A stretch of 63,321 bases of DNA, filler included, from Octopus bimaculoides (Eukaryota), in assembly GCF_001194135.2 (NCBI RefSeq). It is 6 parts of 6 records of this genome, joined end to end, with 100 filler letters (N's around TTAATTAATTAA, not from the genome) between each part and the next. Parts side by side here need not be neighbours in the genome. Positions count along the whole stretch, not along the records: positions 15,086 to 41,763 come from NC_068981.1; 5 more parts are not named here. One strand, written 5' to 3'. The notes below the pieces were generated by a model, which worked only from the letters and a program-made list of their open reading frames with translations, did no database searches and was not told the origin of the DNA. The position numbers and the translations under genes are program-made. Within the stretch, counting starts at the first letter, position 1. Each line of letters opens with the position of its first letter. This document shows, piece by piece, positions 14,986-28,900 of the stretch.

Positions 14986-15111
14986 NNNNNNNNNNNNNNN
15001 NNNNNNNNNNNNNNNNNNNNNNNNNNNNNTTAATTAATTAANNNNNNNNNNNNNNNNNNNNNNNNNNNNNNNNNNNNNNNNNNNNGAATATGAAAATTTA
15101 AAAGTTTAAAA

Positions 15112-15150
<39 letters not shown>

Positions 15151-15171
15151 CACATTCACTGTACATACATA

Positions 15172-15209
<38 letters not shown>

Positions 15210-17292
15210 TATGTGTGTGTTTGTGTGTGTGTGTGTGTGTACGATCTCAGTTGAAGACCTATTTAGGCCTGAACCAGAAATACACGCATTGAAGTATAAA
15301 CATCGTTCATCAGTTACTTTTCATAAAATCTTCATACTTCATCTTCATAGGCTTCAAAGTTTCTCTATATTACTTCTTACAGCTCTATTAAAACGCATTT
15401 AAAATGTAGTGGCATGAAAACTTTTCATTTGGCAATGCGCCAGAAATTTAGCGAGACGATAAACACGAAAAACGAGTGGTAAGCCATTACGTAATTGACG
15501 AAATAATCAGTAATGCAACTATCTTTGAATGATATTAATCTGTGAGGAATCTAGTGGTCTTACTGGTAACACTATCAAGGAATTTAATTGTCGAGCGTGG
15601 AATTATGAAAACTCTCTTGACATTCACTCGCTCAATGTTAACTTTTGTTTAAGCTACTCAGCATATTATTATTGTTTTTTTTTTTTTTGGTCCTTATCAT
15701 GTGGATACCACTATAATAAGGATATCTAATTAAGAAATATGTTCTCGAAATTTTTTGGTCCAAGCACCATTATATAGTAACATGCTGTGCTACTTTGGGG
15801 TCTCAACGTATGAATCCGTAATGCACATTTCCTCATACGTTGGTAAGGAAAAGCTGGATATAGATTCTGGTCACTTAGAATACTTGATCTCACTGCGTTG
15901 GATTTATTTGTTTTCGTGTTTTTTTTTCTTAGTAAGACATACAGAAATGTGATCACAGGCATTCAGCATTTACACCGAGAAATCGAAGAAGTGATGGAAA
16001 TTCCCACAAAAGCGTTCTCGTGTTATTTAGTTTTCCCTATGGAAAAAGTTGTCAATTATGTGTTGAGCTGTGTGTTAGAAACTTGTAATCATCTAGCTAA
16101 GAAAAACAACATCATTTCATTAAACAAAATCCCATAGCCTTTTTCGCGCTAGCTTTCTTCATACTTGAAACACACTGTTAATCGCGTTTCTCTTGTTAGA
16201 AAAAGAGGGAATGGAAAAAAAAAGTAATTACACAAGCTCCATAATGTGAAAGGAATTACTTTCGAACCTGATGTTGATTAGCGTCATTATTTAATTAAAG
16301 CTTTTCAGATTTATTTCACATAAAAATTCATCATATGTACTTCTTTATTTTTTTGGCATCACATTCCTTCAAATTATAAGATTTGAAGATAGATTTTCCT
16401 TTTTAAAATTTATATTACAATGATATATCAGAAATAAACAAACATGCTGTGATGTACATATATTTAGAGTACTTGATATGAATTATTTAAACATCTATTA
16501 CACCTTTTAAGGTAATAAACTTCATTTAATAAAAACGCACAAGTTATAATCCATCTCTACACCTGAAATTACACTTGCGTTGCGAGCACATAATGTTACT
16601 CAAAGTATGAAAAAATGACCGAAGGAGACTTCTGCTGGGTAAAGTTTCGATAACACAGAAATAGAGGGGAAATTTAAAATATGAAATATAACGAGTTAGA
16701 TATAACAAGTATTTAAGAAGCAGCAAACAAGTAACGATAATAAATTCATCTCAGTTTGATGAATTCAAATGCGTGAGAGGTTCTGCACATTAAAGCCGAG
16801 GTGGAAATGCAACTGGCATGTTTCCTTCGTATCGATTTCGTTAGAAAAATATTTACTACTCATTTAGCAAGGCTACGAGTGATGAATGTATGTATGCGTG
16901 ACACCTTGTGAAAGAGTCATCTACTATAGCCTCGAGCTGACCAAAGGCATCTGAGTGGATTTAGTAGACGGAAATCGAATGAGACCCGTGGTGTAATATG
17001 TTTATATATATATATATATATATNNNNNNNNNNNNNNNNNNNNNNNNNNNNNNNNNNNNNNNNNNNNNNNNNNNNNNNNNNNNNNNNNNNNNNNNNNNNN
17101 NNNNNNNNNNNNNNNNNNNNNNNNNNNNNNNNNGATGGCTTTATATATATATAAAAAAACACGTTACTTTTATACCTTGTGTGCCCTTTTTTTATTTCTT
17201 TTTACTTTTCCCCGTATTTATACAACGTGTAGTCGGTTTTCTTTGAAACCTGTTTCTATTATACACGCACAGACACACAGACACAGACACAG

Positions 17293-17323
<31 letters not shown>

Positions 17324-18639
17324 TGTGTGCGCGCGCGCATCTCAGAGAGGGAGGGGATAATGATGCAACTAAAAGAATTTTAGATGCATTGGCTTGATAT
17401 ATAACATATACATGCATATATACATGCAAATATATATTGGGATATATAGAAAAAAAAATAAATGAAAATAATCAGATGAACATTCGTGCATAAGTACATA
17501 GATATTTATACAGTGGCATTTATGCGGATGAACGAATTGAGCATATTAAATGTAACAGCTTGGGTTTGAAATATAAAATATGAATATATATAAACATGTA
17601 AACCGAGAGGAGGTAAAGAGTGGAGACTTTCAGACGATGGTTATTTAAGTTCACATATATACAGCTAGATATCTATCTATATTAATATATTCAACTTACA
17701 CAGAGTACGAACAAGAGGGAAAATCAAAGGGGCGGAAGTAAGGTGTTATAAGTCCAACACCTGTTTCTGGGGGCTCGGAAATCCATCATAATATTAGTAG
17801 ATGTACTTCGTCCAAATATACAAGCCATAATGGCAGCAGTAAGCATTGAATAAATCGAACCTCCGTCAACAGGTTAGAAAAGATCTTTTGTTTTAGGTGA
17901 TAGTGATGAGAAGTTCAAATGTGTCGTTTGTTTGTGTAAGTTGGATTTATTAATATAAATATCTATATATTTATATTTTAATATTTATCGTCTGAATGTC
18001 TCCACTCATTGCTTTCTCTCGTTTTGTATGAATACATATATACATATTTTGTATTCATACCCAAGCTGTTATATCTAATATATTCAATTGGTTTATCTGC
18101 ATAATTGCATATTTACTCATCTTGATCTGTCTTATAACCATACTTTACCCCCGCGGAATTGATCACCTGTAAAGACATCGGAGTCGAAGTTTGAATGATG
18201 TGAACGCTATTGTGTCCTATACTGAGAATCTCTGAATCTCATTCGTAAATATTTATATATTAGCAGAGTAGACCTACATGGTGTACAAAAGAAAACTACA
18301 GTAAGGTGGCTTGGTATTTCGGGTCCGATAGCTGTTTCTATGGGGTCGGAATTATGTGTTAGTTGTAATGGTGATAAATGTAGATTGCAAAGTCTCAAGT
18401 ATATGCAACTAGTAATGGATGCATGGAAACATTACCGTAAATCCGATCACTGTCTTCAGGTTGGAGAGATTGGCATCTACCACTTCAGAGTATTATGAAG
18501 GGAATATAAGACTAGAATGGGAGAAGCTGAAGCCAAATAGTAGTAAGTGGAATGGGGAAGTAGGCAGCTGAGGGTGGAGTGTAGGGGAGTGCTCAAGCAC
18601 AGGATGGACAAGAAAATATAGGAGAGGCAGGGCACAAAG

Positions 18640-18962
18640 GTGTGGTATGTGGTGGTGGCAGTTGCAGAACATCCAGACCTTGGGTTGTTTTCAATACATC
18701 CCTTCCCTTCCTAAAATCAGATGTCCACTTTTGCACTGTTGATAAAACTGCAATGTCATCCCATAATGTAGCAATCACCTGAGCATGGATGTACTTGAGG
18801 GCTAAACACTTTTTTCTGCAAGAAATTGATAACACCACAATGACAGTTTCTGATGAACTCTTCTTCGAACTGTCAGATGTCATTTCACCTGGAATGCATA
18901 TAAGATATTACAGCTCTAGCAACATTCCTTCATAGGCTGCCTATTAACATGTCCGCCCTCAA
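18640..18962 (-). mobile_element. Mariner transposase N-terminal remnant
   Basis: KYIHAQVIATLWDDIAVLSTVQKWTSDFRKGRD plus a frameshifted DNPRSG segment, resembling the mariner HTH region. A possible TIR remnant (GAGGGCGG) lies near 18960. Confidence 0.7.
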
Positions 18963-19513
18963 AATGCATGATATGAAGAATTAATAATACGGCTCAACTT
19001 TTTGTTTTTATTGTTTGTTATTACAGTACTTCATGATTAAGGCCATTTCTTCAGGAAGTCTAAAGAGAAAAGGTCTCATTACCCGGTCAACACCTACGCT
19101 CTAAATATATCATGCGTTTCACTCACATCAATGTTGTAACGTTCATAGAACTTGGATATAGAGGTCAATCATATATTTCAAAGTATCTCTGTTGTTGCTA
19201 TCAGCATCCCCAAATATGCAGATACATGGTGTTTCGAGTGTAACCATATAACTGTGTTCCGGCATATACGTTTGTGTGCATATTTTGCATTCTCTTTCTT
19301 ATTTATGTATAGATATCCTGGGAAATGTATACTGTTGGAAACCACACCATAGAAGTGAATCTGAGTTTCTATGTACATATACGTTGATATAATGTCATAT
19401 GTAGTGTTAATCACCCTTCTGTTTATGCAGAATCTATGTTCATACAATAATAAAAATAATTGTAGTAATTATAAATATATACAATTACACATATTGCTAG
19501 ATAAATAGATAGT

Positions 19514-19573
<60 letters not shown>

Positions 19574-19612
19574 GAGGTAGCTAAATAGATAGAGGGAGAG
19601 AGAGAGAAAGAA

Positions 19613-19660
<48 letters not shown>

Positions 19661-19926
19661 GGACGGACAGACAGACAATGTATATCATACAATACAATAT
19701 TAAATTGGATATTCTGTGATATGTATAAAGATGTGTTTGTCCCTCATTAAATCATTAAATCACTCTCTCCCGCTTTCAGTCTCTCTTTCGAGTTAATATA
19801 TTTAAATATACACACACACATGCACACACACCTACTCTCTCTCTCACACACACATACACACATACATTCATGTATATACATATGTATATATACATAGGTA
19901 TACACATATTCACAAATATACATACG

Positions 19927-19986
<60 letters not shown>

Positions 19987-21876
19987 AACAGTACATTCCT
20001 TGTTACCTCGTGGTACGTTAATCACGTTCTACAAATTACATCAATGAATGAATAGCTCTATAATTTTCCAAAATATTTCTAACTCAAATTTAGAATATTA
20101 AGAATTAAATATACGAAAGTTTGTCTTGTATATGCTTCAAAAATATCATATCTATTGTTTAGCAACTCGGTTGAAATATGAATATTATTTGAAACATGTT
20201 ATGAATACTCTATATTTACAGAAAATATCGTAGTTATTAAATATTGTTGTTCAATAGGTTTATGTTTCTCATCCGATCCAATTAACTTCGTATCTTTGAA
20301 CTATTTCATCTCCTGTCGCTTCTTTTGTTTTACTTAGCTTTCTACTTTGTAAAGAATTCATTTTGTTTCAGAACTATTAAAAATACTAGATGAATTCGGC
20401 GTGGTGAAGATCTTAACTAACGATTTTGTGTTGCGTGTTTGAATTTGAGTCTCATGTAAGATATAAAGCATGTAATATTTATGTTTGGACATAAATATTA
20501 CATCCTTTATATATTTCATATCTTACTGTATTACAGACTGATTTTTGGAGTGACCGCTTATGAATTTACAGTCACAGGTACAAAAGCATTACAAACGGGC
20601 ACTTTCTCTATTGACAAGAGATTTTGAAATAAAACTGAATTATGATAATCATAGGAACATACATACATACAATTCATTTGAAAATAACCAGGTTATATAT
20701 TGCAACTAATTAGAAAGATTTATCCCCACCATGTGGCCAGGTGATTCTTCTGCTCTCTTTTGATATTTATCTTCCAGTCATACAAAGTCTTATTGATCGG
20801 CCAGGAATTTGGATAATGATAGCAAATATGCGGCAGGAGTTATTTTCTTTCCCTGAAAACAAAGTAATGTTTATGACGCAATCTAATTTATACATGAATA
20901 TTCTAATAAGAATTGGCTATTCTAAGATTCTTAATTTTTTAAATAATGCTCTCAGCATATAGAGATTTTCCCAGAAATCACAACGAAATAATACATAAAT
21001 GTATAGATTACAAAGTGTGAATCTCTCTATCGAATGCTCGAGCTCTAAATATTCCCATATGATTAATGATACATCTGTACGCCAGAACTAAAGCGTGTCA
21101 CAAATTTGGTGCATCTTAAGTCTAGCATGTCATAATTTGATAAACAATAGATCTCATGTCGCTGTATCATATAGAAAGTAGTGACCATAGTACTTTGAAT
21201 ACAGATTCACTGACAAATCTTTCATATTTACAATTAATTTACCAAAGATCAGGTATAATGTCAATTGAAATTTCGTAATGTATTATTTTCAGCAATTCTG
21301 TTCATATACGCGCATCTGAAATATTTGATGCAATTTTTAGCTAATATTTTTAACATTATATTTTTGGGATGAAATTAGTAAATACACCAACGCCAGGAAA
21401 TAACAAAAACAAACAAAAAAACAAATCTTTTGTAACAGAAATTGTTGAGGACAGAAATTTCAGAAAACTACTTTCAATATAAATCATGTTCAACATTCTG
21501 TAAGAATATAATCTCACCATAATATCTTACTAGCAAGTAAGCTCTTCAAAAATGTTTGTACGGATCCATTTTCAACTGAAAATACATTTTGCAAATATGG
21601 TTCTTAATGTGTTCGTCGATTATCTTTCAACACATTATGCTGACGTTTATTTGGATATTAAAAACTAAGAGAGAGAAGAACATCCGAATAAATTTACATA
21701 TCGAAATCTCTCTAATGTGGATTTTAACTATATGATTATTTATTTGTATAATCTGCTTTGCTTTAATTATATAATTTATTTGCATAATCTATCTGTATAA
21801 TTTATTTAGAATAATTTATTTTGATTCTTCTCTGAGTCCATTTCTTCCTTTGTCACCAATTCTTACTCTTTTCTTC

Positions 21877-21942
<66 letters not shown>

Positions 21943-22432
21943 GTGTCTAACTGTCAGTCTGTCTGTCTGTCTATCCATCGACAGATATCTACTAAGGAAG
22001 GTGGCACTTTTTCCAGACATTATTCTGTTTTTGCTGGGGAAGAGTGTTGAGGTTTGATTTCTGAGCGATAAATGCACTTAGACATTATTATTCGTTTCTT
22101 GATGCAAATCATGTCTTCTTCTGGGAGGAGCATGAAGCGAGATCATATAAAATTTCTGATATGTTTAATGGCCTCCACTTTCCCTTGCTGTGATTTGGTG
22201 GTTCACTTATTTGTAATGTTTGCGAAGGATTTATTTTCCTTTCAATGTGTTTTATTGCCACTATTGTCGCTGACGTTGTCTTTGTAAAAACCATTATTGC
22301 TGTCTTCTTTGTTGATACTGTTGGGGCAGCCAGCACCATCGCTGATTTTGTGATTGCTACTGACATTTATACTATTATTATTATTGCTGTTGGTTTCGTT
22401 GCTATTATTGTAGTTGGTGTCGTTGTTGTGGT

Positions 22433-23370
22433 ATAACTACAGATTTCTGCACCCACGAATTTAGTTGATCATAACTTTCAAAATAATGGATATCTTTTAA
22501 TGAAATTTTCTACGAATATGTTTTATATCATATAGATTTAGAATATCCGAAATTTTTGGGGAAAAGTGTTTTAGGAGTGGGTAGAGATTTCGGAAAATTC
22601 ACCGAAGTCCCCTTCAATTCGTCTTAACTTACAAAACACGGACTATGTAGATTTTGAGGACATAAGAATTTTGGGAGAAAACAATTGGGGGCTATTTTTG
22701 AGAAGTGTTCTTCACTCGGGGGTGTCTCGGAACAATTCGTCCATATTTGTTTCATTTTCTCCGTTTGGTGGGTTTGTGCATCCGTATATTTCTACTGAAG
22801 CAACAAACAAGCAATGAAGGCAAATGACGTCCTCGCCAGAAAACTCGTTATGCTAAAAATCACAGCTAAAGGTCTGGTACACAGAATATGGTATTAAGAC
22901 GACTTATTTGTTGCATACTTTTTTTTTTTTTTGCGCTTTAAGTAAATTCCCAAGTAAATGTTTCTAATGGAAAGGTAGAAGAGACCTGAAACGAAAATAA
23001 GGAATATACACGCGCAGTTAAGTAAAGTATAATGTGTTACATAATCTCTAAAATAAACATGACATTGAATGGAATAACTCTTCGTTTGAACTTTTTAATT
23101 ACATGTGTGTGTGTGTTTGTGTGTTGTAGAAATCTACGGATGCACAAACGCACCAAACGGAGAAAATGGAACAAGTATGGACGACTTGCTCCGAAATTCC
23201 TTACCTCCTATAATTCCCATCCTAAAAGATTTTCCCACAAACATTTTGTATAATCGGAATTTTCATGATATAACACATATATGTAGAAAATGTCATCAAG
23301 AAATATCGATATTTCTAAAGGTCAGGATCATCCAAAATCGGGGAGGGTGTAGAAATAAATCTGTAGTTAT
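22433..23370. mobile_element. Non-autonomous DNA element of about 940 bp with long imperfect inverted ends
   Basis: ATAACTACAGATTT (22433-22446) and AAATCTGTAGTTAT (23357-23370). Degenerate inverted similarity continues for roughly 200 bp. Confidence 0.65.
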
Positions 23371-23454
23371 GCCGTTGCTGTTCCTGGTTTTGTTACTGTT
23401 TTTGCTGGAGTTGTTAGGGGTCATACTCTGTGTCAGTGGTCCAGTTTTTGCTAT

Positions 23455-23995
23455 TGACGTTGTTCAGTGAATGAGAGCACAAAGTTGACAAGAAAGCAAT
23501 ACAAAAGAAGACGCGATAAAGTCGCGAGAATGATTTACTTGCAGTTCTGTAGCAAGTATGAGGTGTAATATGGACGGACCGCGGAAGTGATCGAGAAATA
23601 CAAGGCAAAAATACTGCGAGATACAATGACCTGCCGTGGCCATGAAACTGGTTATCGTGGATGGAAATACAAAGAAAAAAATATGTTTAATCATAAGCAT
23701 TGCATGCCCTGGTGATGAGAGAGTATCGGAAAGAAAAGTGAAGGTGAAGTATGATGCTTTCAAGTGGAGAGCTGTACCTGCTCTTGCTGAACTTAGAACT
23801 TAGGGAACTATGATTATCAAACTCAGAAAATTGATTAAAGAGATACAGGTAAATGATTAGATAGAGCATCTACATAAAACAGTATTGCTTAGAACAGCAC
23901 GAATCCGCTGAAGAATTCTCGAAATGTGAATGAAGAGTGTCATCTTAGCCTAGTGTTTGTGGACAGCTGACACTTTGTTACAAATCCCAGCGAAT
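23455..23995 (+). mobile_element. Decayed R4/Dong-like element, restriction-like endonuclease C-terminus
   Basis: KQYKRRRDKVARMIYLQFCSKY, KAKILRD, LVIVDGNTKKKICLIISIACPGD, HLHKTVLLRTARIR*RILEM*. Confidence 0.7.
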
Positions 23996-23999
23996 TGGT

Positions 24000-24160
24000 G
24001 GTGATAGTGTTGGTGATGGTGGTGGTGGTGGTGGTGGTGGTGGTGGTGGTGGTTATGATGATGATGGTGATGATGATGATGGTGATGATGATGATCGTCA
24101 TAATAATAATAATGATAATAATAATAATAGCAACAACAACAACAACAACAACAACAATAA

Positions 24161-24222
<62 letters not shown>

Positions 24223-24225
24223 CGA
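24000..24225. repeat. Compound triplet repeat (GGT)n(GAT)n(AAC)n(AAT)n
   Basis: Seen directly in the sequence. Confidence 0.9.
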
Positions 24226-25472
24226 TCATGATTCGACATCGGCATAACCCGTTTTCTGTAAGTAATATAGTAAAATAATGAAAACAATATATGAGTGGGT
24301 TAAAGCGTGATTTCTTGATAGATAGGACTTTATTTATTACACGTCAGCTACAGAACTACAGATTGAAACCCGGTCTGTGTTTATAAATCTTCGATATCAA
24401 TCACAATTTATACACAGCGAAATGTTGAAATTAATCTAAAAGCATTCCTAGAAGGGTAAAACAATGATAAATTTATGTAACAAATTACACTACGGAAAAA
24501 CCCATTGGAATGGATTTCATGTAATTTGTCTTGTTTTCTTCATTTTCTTTAAGCCATATGTTATACAAATTCATTGAAATATTTCCTTGCTTGAAGGCAT
24601 ATATTATGCCGCTTGAAGAAAGATGTTTTTATTTCGAAAAACACTAGCAGGGCATAATTGTCTTGAAGTAATGTTTATAGCTTTGTCTTTCCTGTTTCCT
24701 TGTAGTTAAGTCATGTAGTTATGTTACCTGTAGAAAGAAATATAGAGTTACAGAAATGACGAAAATGAACGTGAATAGCTGTTAAAAACACGAATAAGTT
24801 TAATGCAAAACGTCCTGAAGCACATGTTGTGAACTGACTTATTTGGACATTTGTGGATGCGTATTGTTGCTGCTGGTGATATATTTGCTGTTGTTTTTCT
24901 TGATTTTTATATGGAAATATTTCAGCGATTGCTTTGTTTTGAAGTATATTCATGACGGAAAGCAATATGGAATGTAGTTACACGCCTACTTGAAGAACGA
25001 AATAATATTGGCAAATTGAAACACCTAGAATAGAGAAAAAAGTAACTAAAACAACAATGTCAATCGACAACACGCATAGTAATAGCTCTAAATGTTAATA
25101 AAACTCCAGTATTCATTTCTATATGTCAGTAATTTAACATTTAATTACATTACTTTTGTTTAGATAAACGATTCTCTTATAAATTGACAATTGCTGATAT
25201 ATCAATAACTAAATACTGTATGGATTAGTTTGTGAAAGGGTCCGTATAAGTGTAGGAAACATATTCACGTAGGTTCGAAACGCTGAAATTAATGAGATGC
25301 TAATCGCTGATACATTACAATATCTATCTATGTTGATATTAACGTGAGTGAGACGTAGTTTAGTAACTTAAGAATTTGTTTACATTTCGCTCTAGGAATA
25401 CATGCAAAAAAAAGTTCGCAATCAGAAGACAAGTTATAATGTATTCTAGTGTTTGACGCCTGTTCTTTTAAG

Positions 25473-25611
25473 CTGGTTCTGCTACAGAGACACATTCACA
25501 GGAGTTGATAAAACAAGATTGCGCTGGGAATTTCGTTTCGCAAATGTGGCCTGGATTTGAGGAAACGACTGAGTTACGTGAAATAAATAACACTGAAATA
25601 CTAAATGAAAG
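25473..25611 (+). other. Candidate internal exon of an unidentified gene
   Basis: ctgttcttttaAG acceptor, 139 nt open in one frame (GSATETHSQELIKQDCAGNFVSQMWPGFEETTELREINNTEILNE), AAG|GTAGTA donor. No homology recognised. Confidence 0.25.
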
Positions 25612-25879
25612 GTAGTATGTTTCCGTAGCCATTTATCTTGTGCAATAATAAATAAATTAGTGTCAGCAATGTTAAGTTAATGGCTTGTATTTGTGACTTA
25701 ACTATAATTAAAACTTAATATATGTGGATACGCTAAATAGGTAAATTTCTGTTCTAATTGGTAAGTAAAAAAATTGTTTCGGTTCATTTCTATCTTCATC
25801 GTGAACTATATCTCTCTGTTAGTTGGTCAGAGGAACGAATCATGCGCTATTAACTATTGAGCCCTTTTATTATCAGATC

Positions 25880-26672
25880 GTGAAGCTGAAGATAATATGG
25901 AAATGTTTCAATGAGAACTCAGCACCTTTCATCAGTAACATCACCAAACTGAACTCTAAAGGTAGACATCTCATTGGATGGAACCTACCAACATTCACTA
26001 CAAGAGAACTAGTAGTTATGTTAACTCTATGGAAAACTTTAGTTCGGAGCAAATTACATTTTTCCACACAGCTTTGGTCTCGAAACTCACCTGGCCTCAA
26101 AGAAGAAATTGAAAGGTTACAAAGAACATTCACCAGTAAAATAACTTCGGTTAATGGCCTTAATTACTGGGAACACCTGAAAGTTTTCCGTCTCTACTCT
26201 CTTGAACACCGAAGAGAGATATATACTATTATATACGTATGGAAGATCCTGGAGGGGCACGTTCCAAACTTTGGCATTAAAGCGAAGCGAATTTTAATGC
26301 TCGAAGTGGTAGGTACTGTTACCTTCCAAATATGCCATCTTCATACTCATGAGCAAAAACGCTAGTGTACTAATCTAATATTCAGAGGTCCTCAAGTATT
26401 CAGCTGCTTACCCAAAGAGAATAGGAATATAAAAGGAACCTTCACTGAAACTTTCAAAAAAGCATTGGTTGAACTTCTAACGATGATGACGGACCAACCA
26501 ACCAGTCATTCAAAGATACGCACAGGTGAGATCAGCAACTACAAACTCAATCAACGACCAACTTTCGATCATTAAGCGAAAACAAAAACTAAAACAATCA
26601 AAGAAAAACTAAGGCGGTGCTCCAGCATCGCCGCAGTCCGGTAAATGAAACCAATAAAAGAATAAGAGAATA
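25880..26672 (+). mobile_element. 5'-truncated CR1-clade LINE, ORF2 C-terminus and 3' tail
   Basis: GWNLPTFTTRELVVMLTLWKTLVRSKLHFSTQLWS..IERLQRTFTSKI..LNYWEHLKVFRLYSLEHRREIYTIIYVWKILEGHVPN, then GPQVFSCLPK..FKKALVELL..DQP. Ends in AAGGCGGTGCTCCAGCAT..(AAAAGAAT)n. Confidence 0.85.
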
Positions 26673-28759
26673 GCAGCTAAAGGAATCCAACTTGATTGAG
26701 GTATTGTTATGAGCTTCCATTTTTGTACACAGACATGCTACTGTTAACTGTTGTAATCAGCTGAACAAAGTCACTCGGCCATCATAATGTCTGCACACAC
26801 TGGAACAACAAGAGAAAATTAAAAACCCTTCAGTAGCTGTAAATACTATGCCTCATTTAATTACAGTATTTCATTGTTTATTTATTTCATTGTTTAGAAC
26901 ACGTTCTTTGATAAGTCGCACCAAAGTGTGTTCCTAATAAACAGAGAAAGAATTTTGAACTTCTGTTGTGTAAAATTTAACGCCTTCTTAAACAGTTTTA
27001 TCGAGTCGCTGATAACAGCAAACAAAGTAGAAGTCAGTAGGAGCAACTTCTTTCGAATTATATCCATAAACCACTGACAAACAGTCGTCTATAGATATAG
27101 CCTCATTCTAATGATAAACAACCTAGCAATAAATGATGTTAAAAAGATAAGTGTTCTATAATTAAATTAAACATTCATATGGGCATTCGCAATTGTGTCT
27201 TCTGGTGCTCTTTGCTGCTGAGTTAATCTATGGAACTGTAATTTAACAGTAACTTCTTGACATATATTGTTGCTATTTGAGTATTATATGGAAATGATGT
27301 TTCCGATAATTCAAACAAGCAATGAAATGATCATTTGGAGAAGATACTTCTCTTTATATTTAGTTTATGTTTAGCCGACACATACAGCATTACAATTTTC
27401 AATCAATTTGTGAGCGACCGTTGAGAAGCAAGGAATAAAATCATTATAATTCCGGTGTAACTATTATACAGCAAATCTATTTCCCTTCTTAAAAGCGTTT
27501 CTTCTTTAAAGTATGAAATGAAAATGATACTTTAAATATCATTGCATTTGATGAATGATGAGCTAATTGTTCTGCATAAAATTATTAGCTTAAATGATGA
27601 TAATTATGTGTTACATTTTCAAATAATTTTCTTCTACACACGTCATTAATGTAATAAAATATCGTCAAATATTATGGATTAGAAACGGAGAATAATGAAG
27701 AGGAATTAGATATATACGTTTATGACTGTAGGCAGGTTGTATCCCAGCATGTGTATCTGAGCACTTCTAACAACTGCCTACACAATAAACAAAGAAACTT
27801 TACTATGTATGTATATATATATATATATATNNNNNNNNNNNNNNNNNNNNNNNNNNNNNNNNNNNNNNNNNNNNNNNNNNNNNNNNNNNNNNNNNNNNNN
27901 NNNNNNNNNNNNNNNNNNNNNNNNNNNNNNNNNNNNNNNNNNNNNNNNNNNNNNNNNNNNNNNNNNNNNNNNNNNNNNNNNNNNNNNNNNNNNNNNNNNN
28001 NNNNNNNNNNNNNNNNNNNNNNNNNNNNNNNNNNNNNNNNNNNNNNNNNNNNNNNNNNNNNNNNNNNNNNNNNNNNNNNNNNNTAGTTGATACAAGAAAC
28101 GGACAACAAAACATCCAGATAGACGATACGAAGAAAACAAGGACAAGTCATTCAGAGTTTTCTTTTATCAGTTGAAACTAGAATATCTTTGCATTTTTGG
28201 CAGGTTATACTCGATATTGCTCCAAGTTGGCCAGCCCCAAGGAAAAACTAAGCTAAGAGCATTAGATTCCTTGAAAGAAAACAGTGAATGTATACAAAAA
28301 CAAGGGCGTAAAAAACGAACAATATTACATAAATACAATGAAAATAATAACAGGACATAACAACAGGTGTCTTTCGACTAAAGACGAATTAAGTTAAGCC
28401 GGCGTGTGTGGAAATAAAGCCTTACGGCAGGGATACAGGATCTCACAGGAATCGATGTTGCACGCACAACGGCCGGCCAAGAAAGGAAGATCAGACTTGG
28501 CCAAACGGCGGTCACGTGGGATATATAATAACGGTGAAACTTCAGCAATCGCAATTTTAAGGTTTACATCTGCAACCTTTGTGCATTAGTAAAAAAAAAA
28601 AATGATTTAGTTTTATATCTCAAATACAAAAATGTTGATTGTACAAGATATTTTCATCATGCTTTCATACTTTGATAGGTTTTCGGCAAGTATTGGCCCA
28701 TGCCATTTCTAACTTAACATCACCACCTAGCAAAGTCATTCAAATGAGAAATCGGACAA

Positions 28760-28900
28760 CGTGGCCCACTGTAGTAGATAGTTATTGCTTACGAAGACAT
28801 ATCCGGGTCTAGGAGGTTTGTTCGTGATTTTTTGAAGGAATTTGTGTAAAGACTTCCTGAACTGTCTGGTGTCTGGAGCTTGAAACGCATCTCAATTGTT
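28760..28900 (-). mobile_element. Short CR1-like ORF2 3'-end remnant
   Basis: Minus strand reads QFRKSLHKFLQKITNKPPRPGYVFVSN, resembling the FKxxLDKFLxxIPDxPxxPGY terminus. Confidence 0.5.

Noticed and set aside
15030-15041. Recurrent TTAATTAATTAA 12-mer (5 copies)
   Set aside because: It is always embedded in N-runs and is an artificial six-frame stop spacer from assembly.
22030-22210. Possible Penelope GIY-YIG C-terminal remnant (SRNE..MSKCIYR) on the minus strand
   Set aside because: The similarity is too short and too broken to support a call.
24819-24977. Short ORF with a TM-like stretch (CVLLLLVIYLLLFFLIFIW)
   Set aside because: It has no start or good acceptor, and T-rich sequence yields hydrophobic runs by chance.
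27724-27781. 13-bp stem hairpin (TGTAGGCAG..CTGCCTACA)
   Set aside because: A single short stem with no pre-miRNA-like geometry or other support.
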